From Macrostomum lignano (taxonomy: Eukaryota), in NCBI GenBank assembly GCA_002269645.1, contig NIVC01000008.1, forward strand, positions 8,998 through 72,997: a stretch of 64,000 bases of DNA, written 5' to 3'. Made by a program: the position numbers and the translations under genes. Positions 13,301 through 28,684 of this stretch are shown here, piece after piece. Under the pieces are notes generated by a model. That model saw nothing but the letters and a program-made list of their open reading frames with translations, had not been told where the DNA came from and searched no databases. How positions within the stretch are numbered: position 1 is the stretch's first letter; every line of letters starts with the position of its first letter.

Positions 13301-14095
13301 ACTATGAGACAATTTTTGGCAATCTTCTCGAATCGTTCGTTTAATTATTTCCGGAATTACTTTGCCCTCTATTTAAGGGTGGTGGGGGGTGGGGGCATGG
13401 ATGAATGAATAGAATGGATTGCTATTCTGGCTCTGGCTATTTTCGTTTTTGACTCTTGCATCCGGTTCCCCCCGTGCCTTTTCATTGGTTGATGATTGCC
13501 ATAGACAATTTTCGGCCTTCGCCCCTTTCTTTCGATGCACAAGCGCTTTCGCTCGTGTTTTGAAATAAAGGGGAAGACCTACGAGCGCTCGATATTCTCT
13601 GCAAGTAACTGACATTCTCAGTTCTTTGCGCTTGTGCATCGAAAGAAAGGGGCGAAGGCCGAAAATTGTCTATGGCAATCATCAACCAATGAAAAGGCAC
13701 GGGGGGGGAACCGGATGCAAAAGAGTCAAAAACGAAAATAGCCAGAGCCAGAATAGCAATCCATTCTATTCATTCATCCATGGGTGGGGGTTGGAATTAA
13801 ACGAACGATTCGAGAAGATAGCCCAATTTTTACTCATATCACTAAGCCTAGCGCCTAGCTAGCTATTGAAAAAAATTATATGTATTGACCATTGTATGAA
13901 GAAACTTTATAAAAAGTAATGAAATGTATTCAGTCATGGGCAGAACTTACAAAACTCGACCAAGATATACTTGTTCGCTTGCAGTGCAGAATCAAAGTTC
14001 TTTTCAGTCAGAACAAGAACGCCTTCCTCTTCCGTGATAGCTTCGTCGGCAAATGCAACGCATGCCACAAGGGAGAAAAGAGCCAGCTTAAACAT
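10341..14095 (-). CDS. P4HB: Protein disulfide isomerase (PDIA1/P4HB type, a-b-b'-a')
   Basis: Exons 14095-13951 ([18 protein letters not shown].., signal peptide; in-frame ATG also at 14101), 12240-11539, 11055-10469 and 10382-10341. All introns are GT-AG with compatible phases. Two APWCGHCK active sites; C-terminus KKEEL* is an ER-retrieval signal. Confidence 0.95.
13318..13823. mobile_element. Foldback/MITE with ~200-bp TIRs and 8-bp TSD in PDI intron 1
   Basis: Arms ~13318-13546 and ~13628-13823 are reverse complements. Termini GGC...GCC are flanked by identical CAATTTTT (13310-13317 and 13824-13831). Confidence 0.85.
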
Positions 14096-14227
14096 AAACA
14101 TAGTTTTAATGCGATGTACTAAGTACTAATAAACGTGCAATTAATAATAATAAGCTAGAGACTGAGTAGAGTTGAGAAGTAGAGTAAGTAAAATTGTAGG
14201 CTAATACGCGTTTAAATAGTAAGACCC

Positions 14228-14235
14228 CCACGTCA
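14228..14235 (-). promoter_or_regulatory. Unfolded-protein-response element (TGACGTGG, XBP1/ATF6 site) upstream of PDI
   Basis: Exact UPRE consensus on the PDI sense strand about 130 bp upstream of the ATG, with a second ACGT core adjacent and TATTTAAA between it and the ATG. Confidence 0.6.
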
Positions 14236-15291
14236 CACTACGTGTCTTGCCGTTATACTATACATAATTAAGAATTTTTTATTTTCATTACTTTCATGAA
14301 AAGAAAATAGTCTTTTCAGTTACTTAGTACAATAATTGCGTATATTCAAAGCTTAAATTTGTTTTACTGTACAAAACGATAATCGTTATGACTAAATTGC
14401 CGTCAAATTTGTGCCCTAAATCTTGATCTTGAACTTTTCAGACCTTAAAATAAAGTTAAGTTAGGAAGTACAGTTTAGTTATTTTATGAAATTTAATTTT
14501 TTGGGTACCCAAAATCATGCATATTTTCACTTTAATTCAACATACAGTTGTAGAATGGAAGTTGTTATCACAAAAAACAGAAAAGTTCTGTGGTTTGTTA
14601 TAGCTGATTTTTTACTGAGTGATTGTAGTACTTGGAATCGCATTGTATAAACAGCTTGAAATCGTGTTTGAAGAAATAAAATAAGACATGCTTTTCATAG
14701 TGCAGTGCCTATTTGAAAACTAGAATTAGATTCAGTACATATTATTTCTGTTTATATCTGTTTTCGAATAAGTAAATAATAAACGCCGTTTAATTCACAT
14801 TCTGTGGTTAGAATGTCCGAGGCTGCGTTTAATGGTCTCGAGGCGAGCGTAGCTTATTTAAATATAATCCAAATATTGTTATACAAATAACTCCCTCAAA
14901 AGGCATGTTTAATCTGATACATAATCCATAGAAATACAGACCTCCGTGACAATATTTGCGTTCTCCGGGATTTTATTTGGTAATAATAATATCCCGTAAA
15001 GTCTTTATGTCTATGGTTTATACGAGATTACACATCTCGGAGATTACACATACTCAGGCCCTCGTGATTTATACAAATAACTCCCTCAAAAGGCATGTTT
15101 AATCTGATACATAAGCTTGATAAGACTCGCCGACCGGAGATAGGCAAATAGGACTAATAGCTTTAAAATCTCCGATTGCTCCAGTAGGTTTGTCTAGGGC
15201 CTAAACTATTTGCCGTATCGCAATATATCAAATATTACATTTTCTTATAAAAATTCATATCAAACATCTTGTCGGAGATTCTCCTCCATGC

Positions 15292-16087
15292 ATGGACAAA
15301 TTCGGCGAAAGCAAAATTCGGCGACAATCAAGGCAAATTCGGCGACAAGTCTTTTTTATAAGAAAATTAAATTACATGTAATAAGGCTTTTTTAAAATGC
15401 TCATGAAAGTTCTCCATATTCTCCTCTAAATTTGGCTTTGCATTTCTGTCCACTTTCTTAAAGCCATTTGGCACTGTAAAAGAAATTTTACCCAGACTCG
15501 GACCTCGCGTAATCAAATGTGCTCGATCTTTGCTCAAGCGTATTAAAACGACTGTACTGTTTACTGCCATCATGAACCTCATAAATTGGAAAATGGGTGA
15601 CAACTCTGATTGAAAGGCCGAGACCTTTCACGACTCTGTGAAAAGGTTTCGGCCTTTATTCGGCGTTAATTATTAGGGTTTATAAGGAGTTTGACGCTGT
15701 GCTGAGAGTCGCACTTCCTTTCGTCCTACGAACCTTGGGTCCCCAGCAGCTAGCTAGTTGACGCCATCATATCGCTGTATGGTGACACGGTAAAATCGTT
15801 TTACATTCAAGTTTTTTTTGCTAAATCGACCTTTTTGTTTATTGTTATCTAATCAGGAACTGGAACTGAAAAGCCGGTCATGGACATCGCGCGAACGAAA
15901 TTTTCTTGGAAAGCACATTTAAAAAGCACAGGATAAAACTTTAAAAAAACTAACTCAAATAAAAGGGAAAAGCTAATATGCATCGACTAATACTGTTGTA
16001 CTACTAGTCATGTAAATATTCAATAAGATTATACACAATTGTTCTTTCTTTATTGTCGCCGAATTTGCTTTCGCCGAATTTGTCCAT
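15292..16087. mobile_element. Putative non-autonomous DNA element with ~37-bp imperfect TIRs containing AATTCGGCGA subrepeats
   Basis: ATGGACAAATTCGGCGAAAGCAAAATTCGGCGACAAT at 15292 and its reverse complement ending at 16087; no clear TSD. Confidence 0.55.
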
Positions 16088-16094
16088 ATAATCT

Positions 16095-16354
16095 GGGCCT
16101 TTTCATATTACCAATTCCAGAACCAGAATCGGTTCGGAATTCCAAGAAAAACAGCAGTATAACTATTAAACTCTGTTAATATTTAACTGCCTTAACAACC
16201 TAACTTAGCGCAATTTTTCACTTTCTTCTTGGCGATTGTCATTCAATAATAAAAACTTTATAGCACGTATCTCCCTCTAGTTATGGAGACAAAAAGTTAT
16301 ACTTCACAAATTGGTTCTGGTTCTGGAACCAGAGCAAGCAATATGAAAAGGCCC
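16095..16354. mobile_element. MITE (GGGCCTTTTCATATT TIRs, possible 3-bp TSD TCT; PIF/Harbinger-like)
   Basis: GGGCCTTTTCATATT...AATATGAAAAGGCCC with subterminal CCAGAACCAGAA / TTCTGGTTCTGG. A related diverged copy lies at ~25701-26128 in PP2A intron 1. Confidence 0.65.
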
Positions 16355-17764
16355 TCTCTGTCGCTGAATTTTCGCTGAATTTGAATTTATTGTATGCTCA
16401 CCTGCACCCCCAACCACCAGGCCCGTCCCCCAGTATCATGATGTACGTTAATTGCTATTTGCTATCGATTGCTCAGCCCCCCTCGCTTAACTGATGCATA
16501 CTCTCGATCTATATCTAATATGCTTTATGATGCATTTAACAAAGACGATTTCTCTCGGTCGCACATTCATTACAGTATGCACTAACTTAACAAGCTACTA
16601 CTGTGTACTGTTTATATGTACATAGTAGACGGTGTGTTCACCGTACAAGTACCGTACACGGTAAACGGTACTACTGAATACTAATTCTGATGTCTGATAT
16701 TCATTTACATCCTGTACTGTCTTGAATTGATTTTCATGAAAAGTTATACAGTCAGTCAGTATGTGTTGTACCCATGTGCATGTACACTATGCTCCATCTG
16801 ATGTAATTGTATGTGCATACATGTGATTAGCTTTTAAGGAATGCATGGAATTTTTAATTCGGATCCCATACAAAGCTCTTGAGAGCTCACAGCTCACAGA
16901 TCGGAACTGGAAATCAATTGCTTTCTTCTTAAAAACCTTTCAAAAGGATTCACACCAAAGTTTTGTACTTTGACCCGCGTACGGTATGTGGGCCTTTAAT
17001 AAAGGTAGTATATGTATATAAACAAAGGCCTGAATTTCTGAGCAAATAATAATTTCCTGTGAGACCTCCGGCTGTGCGGCTCAAATTTCCGTTCTACTGC
17101 AGCAACAATTGATTCTCGCTTTTGGAAGGACCCCCAATATACAGGCAAAACTTAATAGATACAGTTTGTGGAGGTCCTTGAGATTAAATCATGACAGGAA
17201 GTTGCTACCTTGCTATTTTTGTTCTGTTTAGTAAATCTCGCTAAAACAGGTGCAGACACAAAAGTTCAACATGCAGAGACCGAGTCCAGCTGTGTGCAGG
17301 TCTCCACCCTGACTTCTCTTCTGATAGACATATCAACGTGCAATCAGAGAATAACTTGGCGTGCAGGCATAAATATATAGTTGAAACAATGATCACATTA
17401 ATTGAGTAACAGAGGTACATGTTATATGAAGTACAATTTACCTGTGATTTACTGTTAAATATATGCCTGCATGCATAGAGTGAATATAGCACCACGGATG
17501 AGTAGCTCGTATATTCAAAATCAATATTGAATTCTGCATGTACCAGTTTTAAGACTCAGTTTTAAAATTGGTTTATTTACACTGTTTGAGCTACACATGA
17601 ACAATTACGGTAATGTGAATCGGCCTTTTACATATTTACGCAATTACTCGATAACTGTGTATACATGTGCATGTGAAGTAAGGCATCAAGTTTACCAATT
17701 TCCAATCACCATGCAAACTTGCTTGCAACCGAATGCAAATTAACATATGCTTACTACTAGCCCG

Positions 17765-20098
17765 TTAAATAAGAAATATATGGCAGACCATCACGACAAA
17801 AGTCGAGTTAAATCTGCAATGCATCGCTCGAACAATCGAATTACTGACGCCGCCGTCAAGACCGCCGAAGCGGGTTAGCCACGACAGCCGACTGTCTCTG
17901 TAGCTGTCCGCTTGCTCGCCAACGGTGACCAAGATGACCGCCTTCCGATGGCGTCGGCCGCTGCCAATCAATCCAATATTTTCCAACGCCTTCAGAGCGT
18001 CCACAACGAGAGTTGCAGCGATGCTTCGACCTTCCAGTGGACTGCAGCTGTCGGCAAGGCGTCGCTCTAGAATAGCGGAAAAGTCAGCCATGGCGGCGTC
18101 AGTCGCGGCCGCAACAGCCGCATAGGACATTGCGTCCACAACCTGCTTGAGCAGCTGGCTGCGCAGCCGAGGTCCGGGATCGTTGTCCAGCAGGTCTGCT
18201 TCAGCAACTCGGTCCAAGGACTCTAAGGACTCCGAAGCAACATAATGCGACTGACGCTGCAGTATCCGCCGATAGAGTTGCGACAGTTTGTGCGAGTCAT
18301 CTTCTGCAGATAGCACTCGATCCGAGTGTGCGGCTGCGGCAGTGGTTAAATAGCGGTTTTGAGAGCTGAACTTTTCCAATGCTGCTTCGAGAAATATTGC
18401 GTCTGAACGATCGCGCTGACAATCAGCTTCCAAAGCTGTTCTTTCCTGACAAGTAGCTTCCGACGCTGCTCTTTCCTCACAAGTAGCTTCCGACGTTGTT
18501 CTATCCTCACAAGTAGCTTCCGACGCTGCTCTTTCCTCACAAGTAGCTTCCGACGTTGTTCTTTCCTCACAAGTAGCTTCCGACGTTGTTCTTTCCTCAC
18601 AAGTAGCTTCCGACGTTGTTCTTTCCTGACAAGTAGCTTCCGACGTTGTTCTTTCCTCACAAGTAGCTTCTGACGCTGCTCTTTCCTGACAAGTAGCTTC
18701 CGACGTTGTTCTTTCCTCACAAGTAGCTTCCGACGTTGTTCTATCCTCACAAGTAGCTTCCGACGCTGCTCTTTCCTGACAAGTAGCTTCCGACGTTGTT
18801 CTTTCCTCACAAGTAGCTTCCGACGTTGTTCTTTCCTCACAAGTAGCTTCCGACGTTGTTCTTTCCTCACAAGTAGCTTCCGACGTTGTTCTTTCCTCAC
18901 AAGTAGCTTCCGACGTTGTTCTATCCTCACAAGTAGCTTCCGACGTTGTTCTTTCCTCACAAGTAGCTTCCGACGTTGTTCTTTCCTCACAAGTAGCTTC
19001 CGACGTTGTTCTTTCCTGACAAGTAGCTTCCGACGTTGTTCTTTCCTCACAAGTAGCTTCTGACGCTGCTCTTTCCTGACAAGTAGCTTCCGACGTTGTT
19101 CTTTCCTCACAAGTAGCTTCCGACGTTGTTCTATCCTCACAAGTAGCTTCCGACGCTGCTCTTTCCTGACAAGTAGCTTCCGACGTTGTTCTTTCCTCAC
19201 AAGTAGCTTCCGACGTTGTTCTTTCCTCACAAGTAGCTTCCGACGTTGTTCTTTCCTCACAAGTAGCTTCCGACGTTGTTCTTTCCTCACAAGTAGCTTC
19301 CGACGTTGTTCTTTCCTCACAAGTAGCTTCCGACGCTGCTCTTTCCTGACAAGTAGCTTCCGACGTTGTTCTTTCCTCACAAGTAGCTTCCGACGTTGTT
19401 CTTTCCTCACAAGTAGCTTCCGACGTTGTTCTTTCCTCACAAGTAGCTTCCGACGTTGTTCTTTCCTCACAAGTAGCTTCCGACGTTGTTCTTTCCTGAC
19501 AAGTAGCTTCCGACGTTGTTCTTTCCTCACAAGTAGCTTCTGACGCTGCTCTTTCCTGACAAGTAGCTTCCGACGTTGTTCTTTCCTCACAAGTAGCTTC
19601 CGACGTTGTTCTATCCTCACAAGTAGCTTCCGACGCTGCTCTTTCCTGCCAAGTAGCTTCCGTCGACGCTGTTCTTTCCTGACAATCATCTTCCGACGCT
19701 GCTCTTTCCTGACAAGTAGCTTCTGACGCTGCTCTTTCCTGACAAGTAGCTTCCGTCGACGCTGTTCTTTCCTGACAATCATCTTCCGACGCTGCTCTTT
19801 CCTGACAAGTAGCTTCCGACGTTGTTCTTTCCTCACAAGTATCTTCCGACACAGGTTTGTCCTGAAAAATAGCATCCGATGCTGTTTTGCTCTGACAAAC
19901 CTCTGACACAGTTCTTTCTTGACAAGCAGCTGAATCTGAAGCGCATTCGCCTTGGCTCGCAGCTTCAGAATCTTTTGCCAGCGCCAGCAGGTAGTCAGCA
20001 GGCGGCGACAGCTGTCGTGATGAAGAGGACGGCTGTAGAACATCATCCACGCAGTCAGCTCGATGGCCAGGCATTTCGTCTCTTTTGTGGCTTATCAA
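17765..20098 (-). CDS. Hypothetical acidic protein with ~45 copies of a Cys-containing decapeptide (EATCEERTTS)
   Basis: 777-aa ORF. The 30-bp array (~18425-19830) grades into degenerate in-frame copies on both sides, followed by ~220 aa of GC-rich, non-repetitive, helical-looking sequence. True start and exon ends are uncertain. Confidence 0.55.
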   Translation of the reverse strand: MISHKRDEMPGHRADCVDDVLQPSSSSRQLSPPADYLLALAKDSEAASQGECASDSAACQERTVSEVCQSKTASDAIFQDKPVSEDTCEERTTSEATCQERAASEDDCQERTASTEATCQERAASEATCQERAASEDDCQERTASTEATWQERAASEATCEDRTTSEATCEERTTSEATCQERAASEATCEERTTSEATCQERTTSEATCEERTTSEATCEERTTSEATCEERTTSEATCEERTTSEATCQERAASEATCEERTTSEATCEERTTSEATCEERTTSEATCEERTTSEATCEERTTSEATCQERAASEATCEDRTTSEATCEERTTSEATCQERAASEATCEERTTSEATCQERTTSEATCEERTTSEATCEERTTSEATCEDRTTSEATCEERTTSEATCEERTTSEATCEERTTSEATCEERTTSEATCQERAASEATCEDRTTSEATCEERTTSEATCQERAASEATCEERTTSEATCQERTTSEATCEERTTSEATCEERTTSEATCEERAASEATCEDRTTSEATCEERAASEATCQERTALEADCQRDRSDAIFLEAALEKFSSQNRYLTTAAAAHSDRVLSAEDDSHKLSQLYRRILQRQSHYVASESLESLDRVAEADLLDNDPGPRLRSQLLKQVVDAMSYAAVAAATDAAMADFSAILERRLADSCSPLEGRSIAATLVVDALKALENIGLIGSGRRHRKAVILVTVGEQADSYRDSRLSWLTRFGGLDGGVSNSIVRAMHCRFNSTFVVMVCHIFLI

Positions 20099-20744
20099 TT
20101 GTAGGCGGTGGCCTAACTCAATCTAGTTAAAGTGCCTTTGAGCGACTCTTTAATAAAACGCGGTTTCTTTGAAGAATTTTCATTTACAGTATACTGTTTG
20201 GCCTTTGCAGCCAGCTATCTCTTTCAACAAAATCTGCACTTGTTCGCGTAAATAAATTAAACTTCGTATCACTTGGACTCAACAGTTTCATCTCCAACCT
20301 CCCCCAGTAGCTCTGCCTATTGTATTTTTATCGCTCTCTGGCATCTTTTCACCAAGTTGAAGCGCTACAGTTTAAAAGGCCTTTGAACAGACATTCATTG
20401 GCATTAATAACCAGTTCTTCATACTTCGAGAATTTAAAGTGCCAGCACAAGCCCTCAGCCAAGCCAGCTTCCAACTGGGACTGCAATACAAACACAATAT
20501 CTTATTAATGAAACATTAATAAAATGCGGGTCAGCTGAAAAATGGAAGCAGCCATGAATGATTTTCAAGCCAGAAGAAGCAAATAGCATCCAAGCCATGC
20601 CTTCTAACAATAACTGGAGGCCCGTGTGCGCGATATTCTCTAAGCCATTGTAAAGTACATGTACTTTATAGATATAAAAAGCCAGTTATTAACTAATAAA
20701 ACAAGTATCTATCAGGCCATACCGTAGGCTAAAACAGTGTCCCG

Positions 20745-21090
20745 TCCGGTTCTTGCCTGGTACTGTCCGGTTATTATCTGATACTGTCCGGTTATTATCT
20801 GATACTGTCCGGTTCTTGCCTGGTACTGTCCTGTTCTTATACGGTACTGTCCGGTTCTTATATGGTACTGTCCAATTCTTATCTGATACTGTCCGGTTCT
20901 TATATGGTACCGTCCGGTTCTTATATGGTACTGTCCGGTTCTTATATGGTACTGTCCGGTTCTTATATGATACTGTCCGGTTCTTATATGGTACTGTCCG
21001 GTTCTTACATGGTACTGTCCGGTTATTATCTGATACTGTCCGGTTATTATCTGATACTGTCCGGTTCTTATATGGTACTGTCCGGTTCCG
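20745..21090. repeat. 21-bp minisatellite (TACTGTCCGGTTCTTATATGG)
   Basis: Direct reading. Confidence 0.92.
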
Positions 21091-22077
21091 GTTGACAGAA
21101 TGTACACGGAATGCTCAATCAAGCATATCAATCTAATAATGTAGAAATTTGAGAATTTTCATAAATTCTATTTCTGTACTACTGAGAATGTTCACAACAT
21201 AAGTAGGCTGTGCGAATTTTAATTCTTTCTGTACTAGGAACCATTATTATTGAGCTGCCATGATCCCATTAAGATCTCCCTGCTAGGTATAAATCACACA
21301 GTCTGTAAGGCTTCAAAAGGATTGAACAAGCTCATACAGGTAGAAAAAAACATTTTTTACTATACGAGCATACATATACTTGCTAAAATTTTCGTTCACA
21401 TGTAGCAATCAGTTACGATAGTAACGCAGTAACGCAGTTATCAAGTTAGCAGAAATAGTGAATTAATTAAATAGCCATAACAGGAAACAGCTTGAAGTTT
21501 TTCTTCTAGAAGAGACGCAGCATTGAATTGATAGAGAAAGAAAGTCTAAACTAAAGCTGGCTTCATCTAAACACAAATTACGTATTAATTAACTATTGGC
21601 TCCTCTGAATAAAGCGCCAACCGATAGAATAACGCGCAAAAACTTCAGACTGATTTTTCCTAACATTACATATGCTTACCGTATTGCTCATAAATTATTA
21701 ATAAGCTATCGCAAATAATTTCATTTAAGAGAAATTCAGCTAATCAACCAATTCAGGAAAGCTTCTATCTTTACGCCTTTACGTACTAAAACATAGAAAA
21801 ACATTTTCTTGACGGGATGCTACTCACCAGTTAAGTAGGCAGTGACGAGCATTCGAGTTCGTTTTTATAGGAATATAAATCCAATAGTCAGCATACGGTA
21901 AGATAGGAAGGAGCAGCGTGCGAGCCAGTGAGAGACAGGCAAAAAACAGATCACAATTGGTTTGGTGCCAGCGGTTCCTTGCTATTCGTAGGTGTGTGTA
22001 AAGAAAAACAGAAATTGTTGTTAGTTCCGCCTCAGCCACCCCTAGGTCCGGGACTCGAGCCTGCCCGAGCGCCCAAC

Positions 22078-27088
<5,011 letters not shown>

Positions 27089-28684
27089 TCTCGTTAATTA
27101 ATCAACACTAACTTTATTTATACAAATTGCAAACGAGTTAAATTGATTGTTCAGAATGCGATTATTTATTGATAACTTATCCCCACTGTGGCACTAATTT
27201 GGAATTTCACTTAATTCAACGTTGTCTACAAGGAAAGCTCAAATTATTAAGATTAATAGACTAGCAATATCAAGTACAACTAACTGTAATTAATATTTAA
27301 TTAAGTAATCAGAGTATACTGTACTGTATCTACGAATGTTTGAAGTCAGAAAGTAAAAGTGAAAGCAAAAAATTTCCGTGAAACGATGTTTTATTTAAAT
27401 AGTTTTTCATCTGCAATAACAAACTCAAAGAATATAAAAGACAACTTGTTTTCATAGGTTTAAAGTCGTTTATCTCTCCTGACAAAATACGAAAAATTAA
27501 ACACAGTTAATAATTTATTGCACTTTTTGGATTGTCAAGGCGACAATTTTAACACTGAATAAGCCACGAACCCCGGCGGCCCCCCCCCCCCGAATCAGGG
27601 ACCCTTCATTCCTGCTCTAGTAGTCGTTAGCGATAGAAAAGTAATAAGTATTATAAGTAAACTATCGAAATTAAAGGCATTGTCCAAAATACAATTGAGG
27701 CATAAGTTTAGTGTGAATGCCTAATTGTGTTCAATTTATAAGGGATGTTATCATTTCCGTTATGCGTATCGTTAGCTCGATCGCGGACACCTGCAATGCT
27801 TTTTAGCCGCACCAACAGTTAACGATAATGCAGTTAAAGCGTAAAAGCTTTACTTAAAGCGTCAAGGTTGTCTAAATGGTTTGTTTGTGAATCCTTTTGA
27901 TTTTGTGCTGGCATTTCATTCTATTAGAGAACTCGTACTGCATGTATGCAATATTTGCAAAACGCAAACTTTTTTCCATGGATTAGCGGTATACATGTAG
28001 TCCCCTAACGCTAATTTTCAAATAATTTTTGTAGCGGACCACATTAGCAGACCGCAAAGTCCAATTTAGCGGAAGTGTACCGCGCAATCCAATAAAGTCC
28101 GATAGTTTCATTTTTCAGCATATTCCCATGCTTGAATTGGGGATGGGGATGGGGCAGCTGAGATGCCCGAAAAGCCGTCTTTTCCGCACTATTTTAAAAT
28201 TCCGACGCACAACGTCAGAAGTACCCACTTGAATATTGCCGGCGACTTTGATGACGTCGTAAACATTAGCTGTTGTCGTCGCTGACGTCGGACTGTATAC
28301 ATGTATCATTCAATGTGCATGTGACGTTAGAGAAAATTCTTTACTTTTTTATAATAATCATAGCTATACACTGTATGGTCCCGGGGCCATACCGTGAATT
28401 CAATTAAGTGTAACAATGTACTGTTTTAAGGTTTGTTTAAAACAAAATAAAATAAAAAATCCTTTTCTATCAATAATTACAGCTCAGAGCTATTTCTATC
28501 GAGCATCAATGAGATGAAATAATTGTCATTTTCTTGTGCGTTTATCTTTAATATCTTTAATAGAAAAATGAGATTAGCAGCTCAAAAATGGCGTTTGCAA
28601 CCTTAAAATGTGCGTATTGCGGCATCATGCAATGAGGTGGCTAGATATTCTGGTAATCAATTTAATTAATACTTGTCCAGCGCA

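Noticed and set aside
18346-20046. 566-aa Lys/Arg-rich ORF (KLLVRKEQRR)n
   Set aside because: Shadow frame of the same 30-bp array; its flanks are less protein-like than in the EATC frame. It cannot be fully excluded without proteomics.
28200-28330. Cluster of TGACGT (CRE-like) motifs between PP2A and the NHL-like gene
   Set aside because: More than 1 kb from the PP2A ATG with unknown TSS; short motifs with insufficient support.
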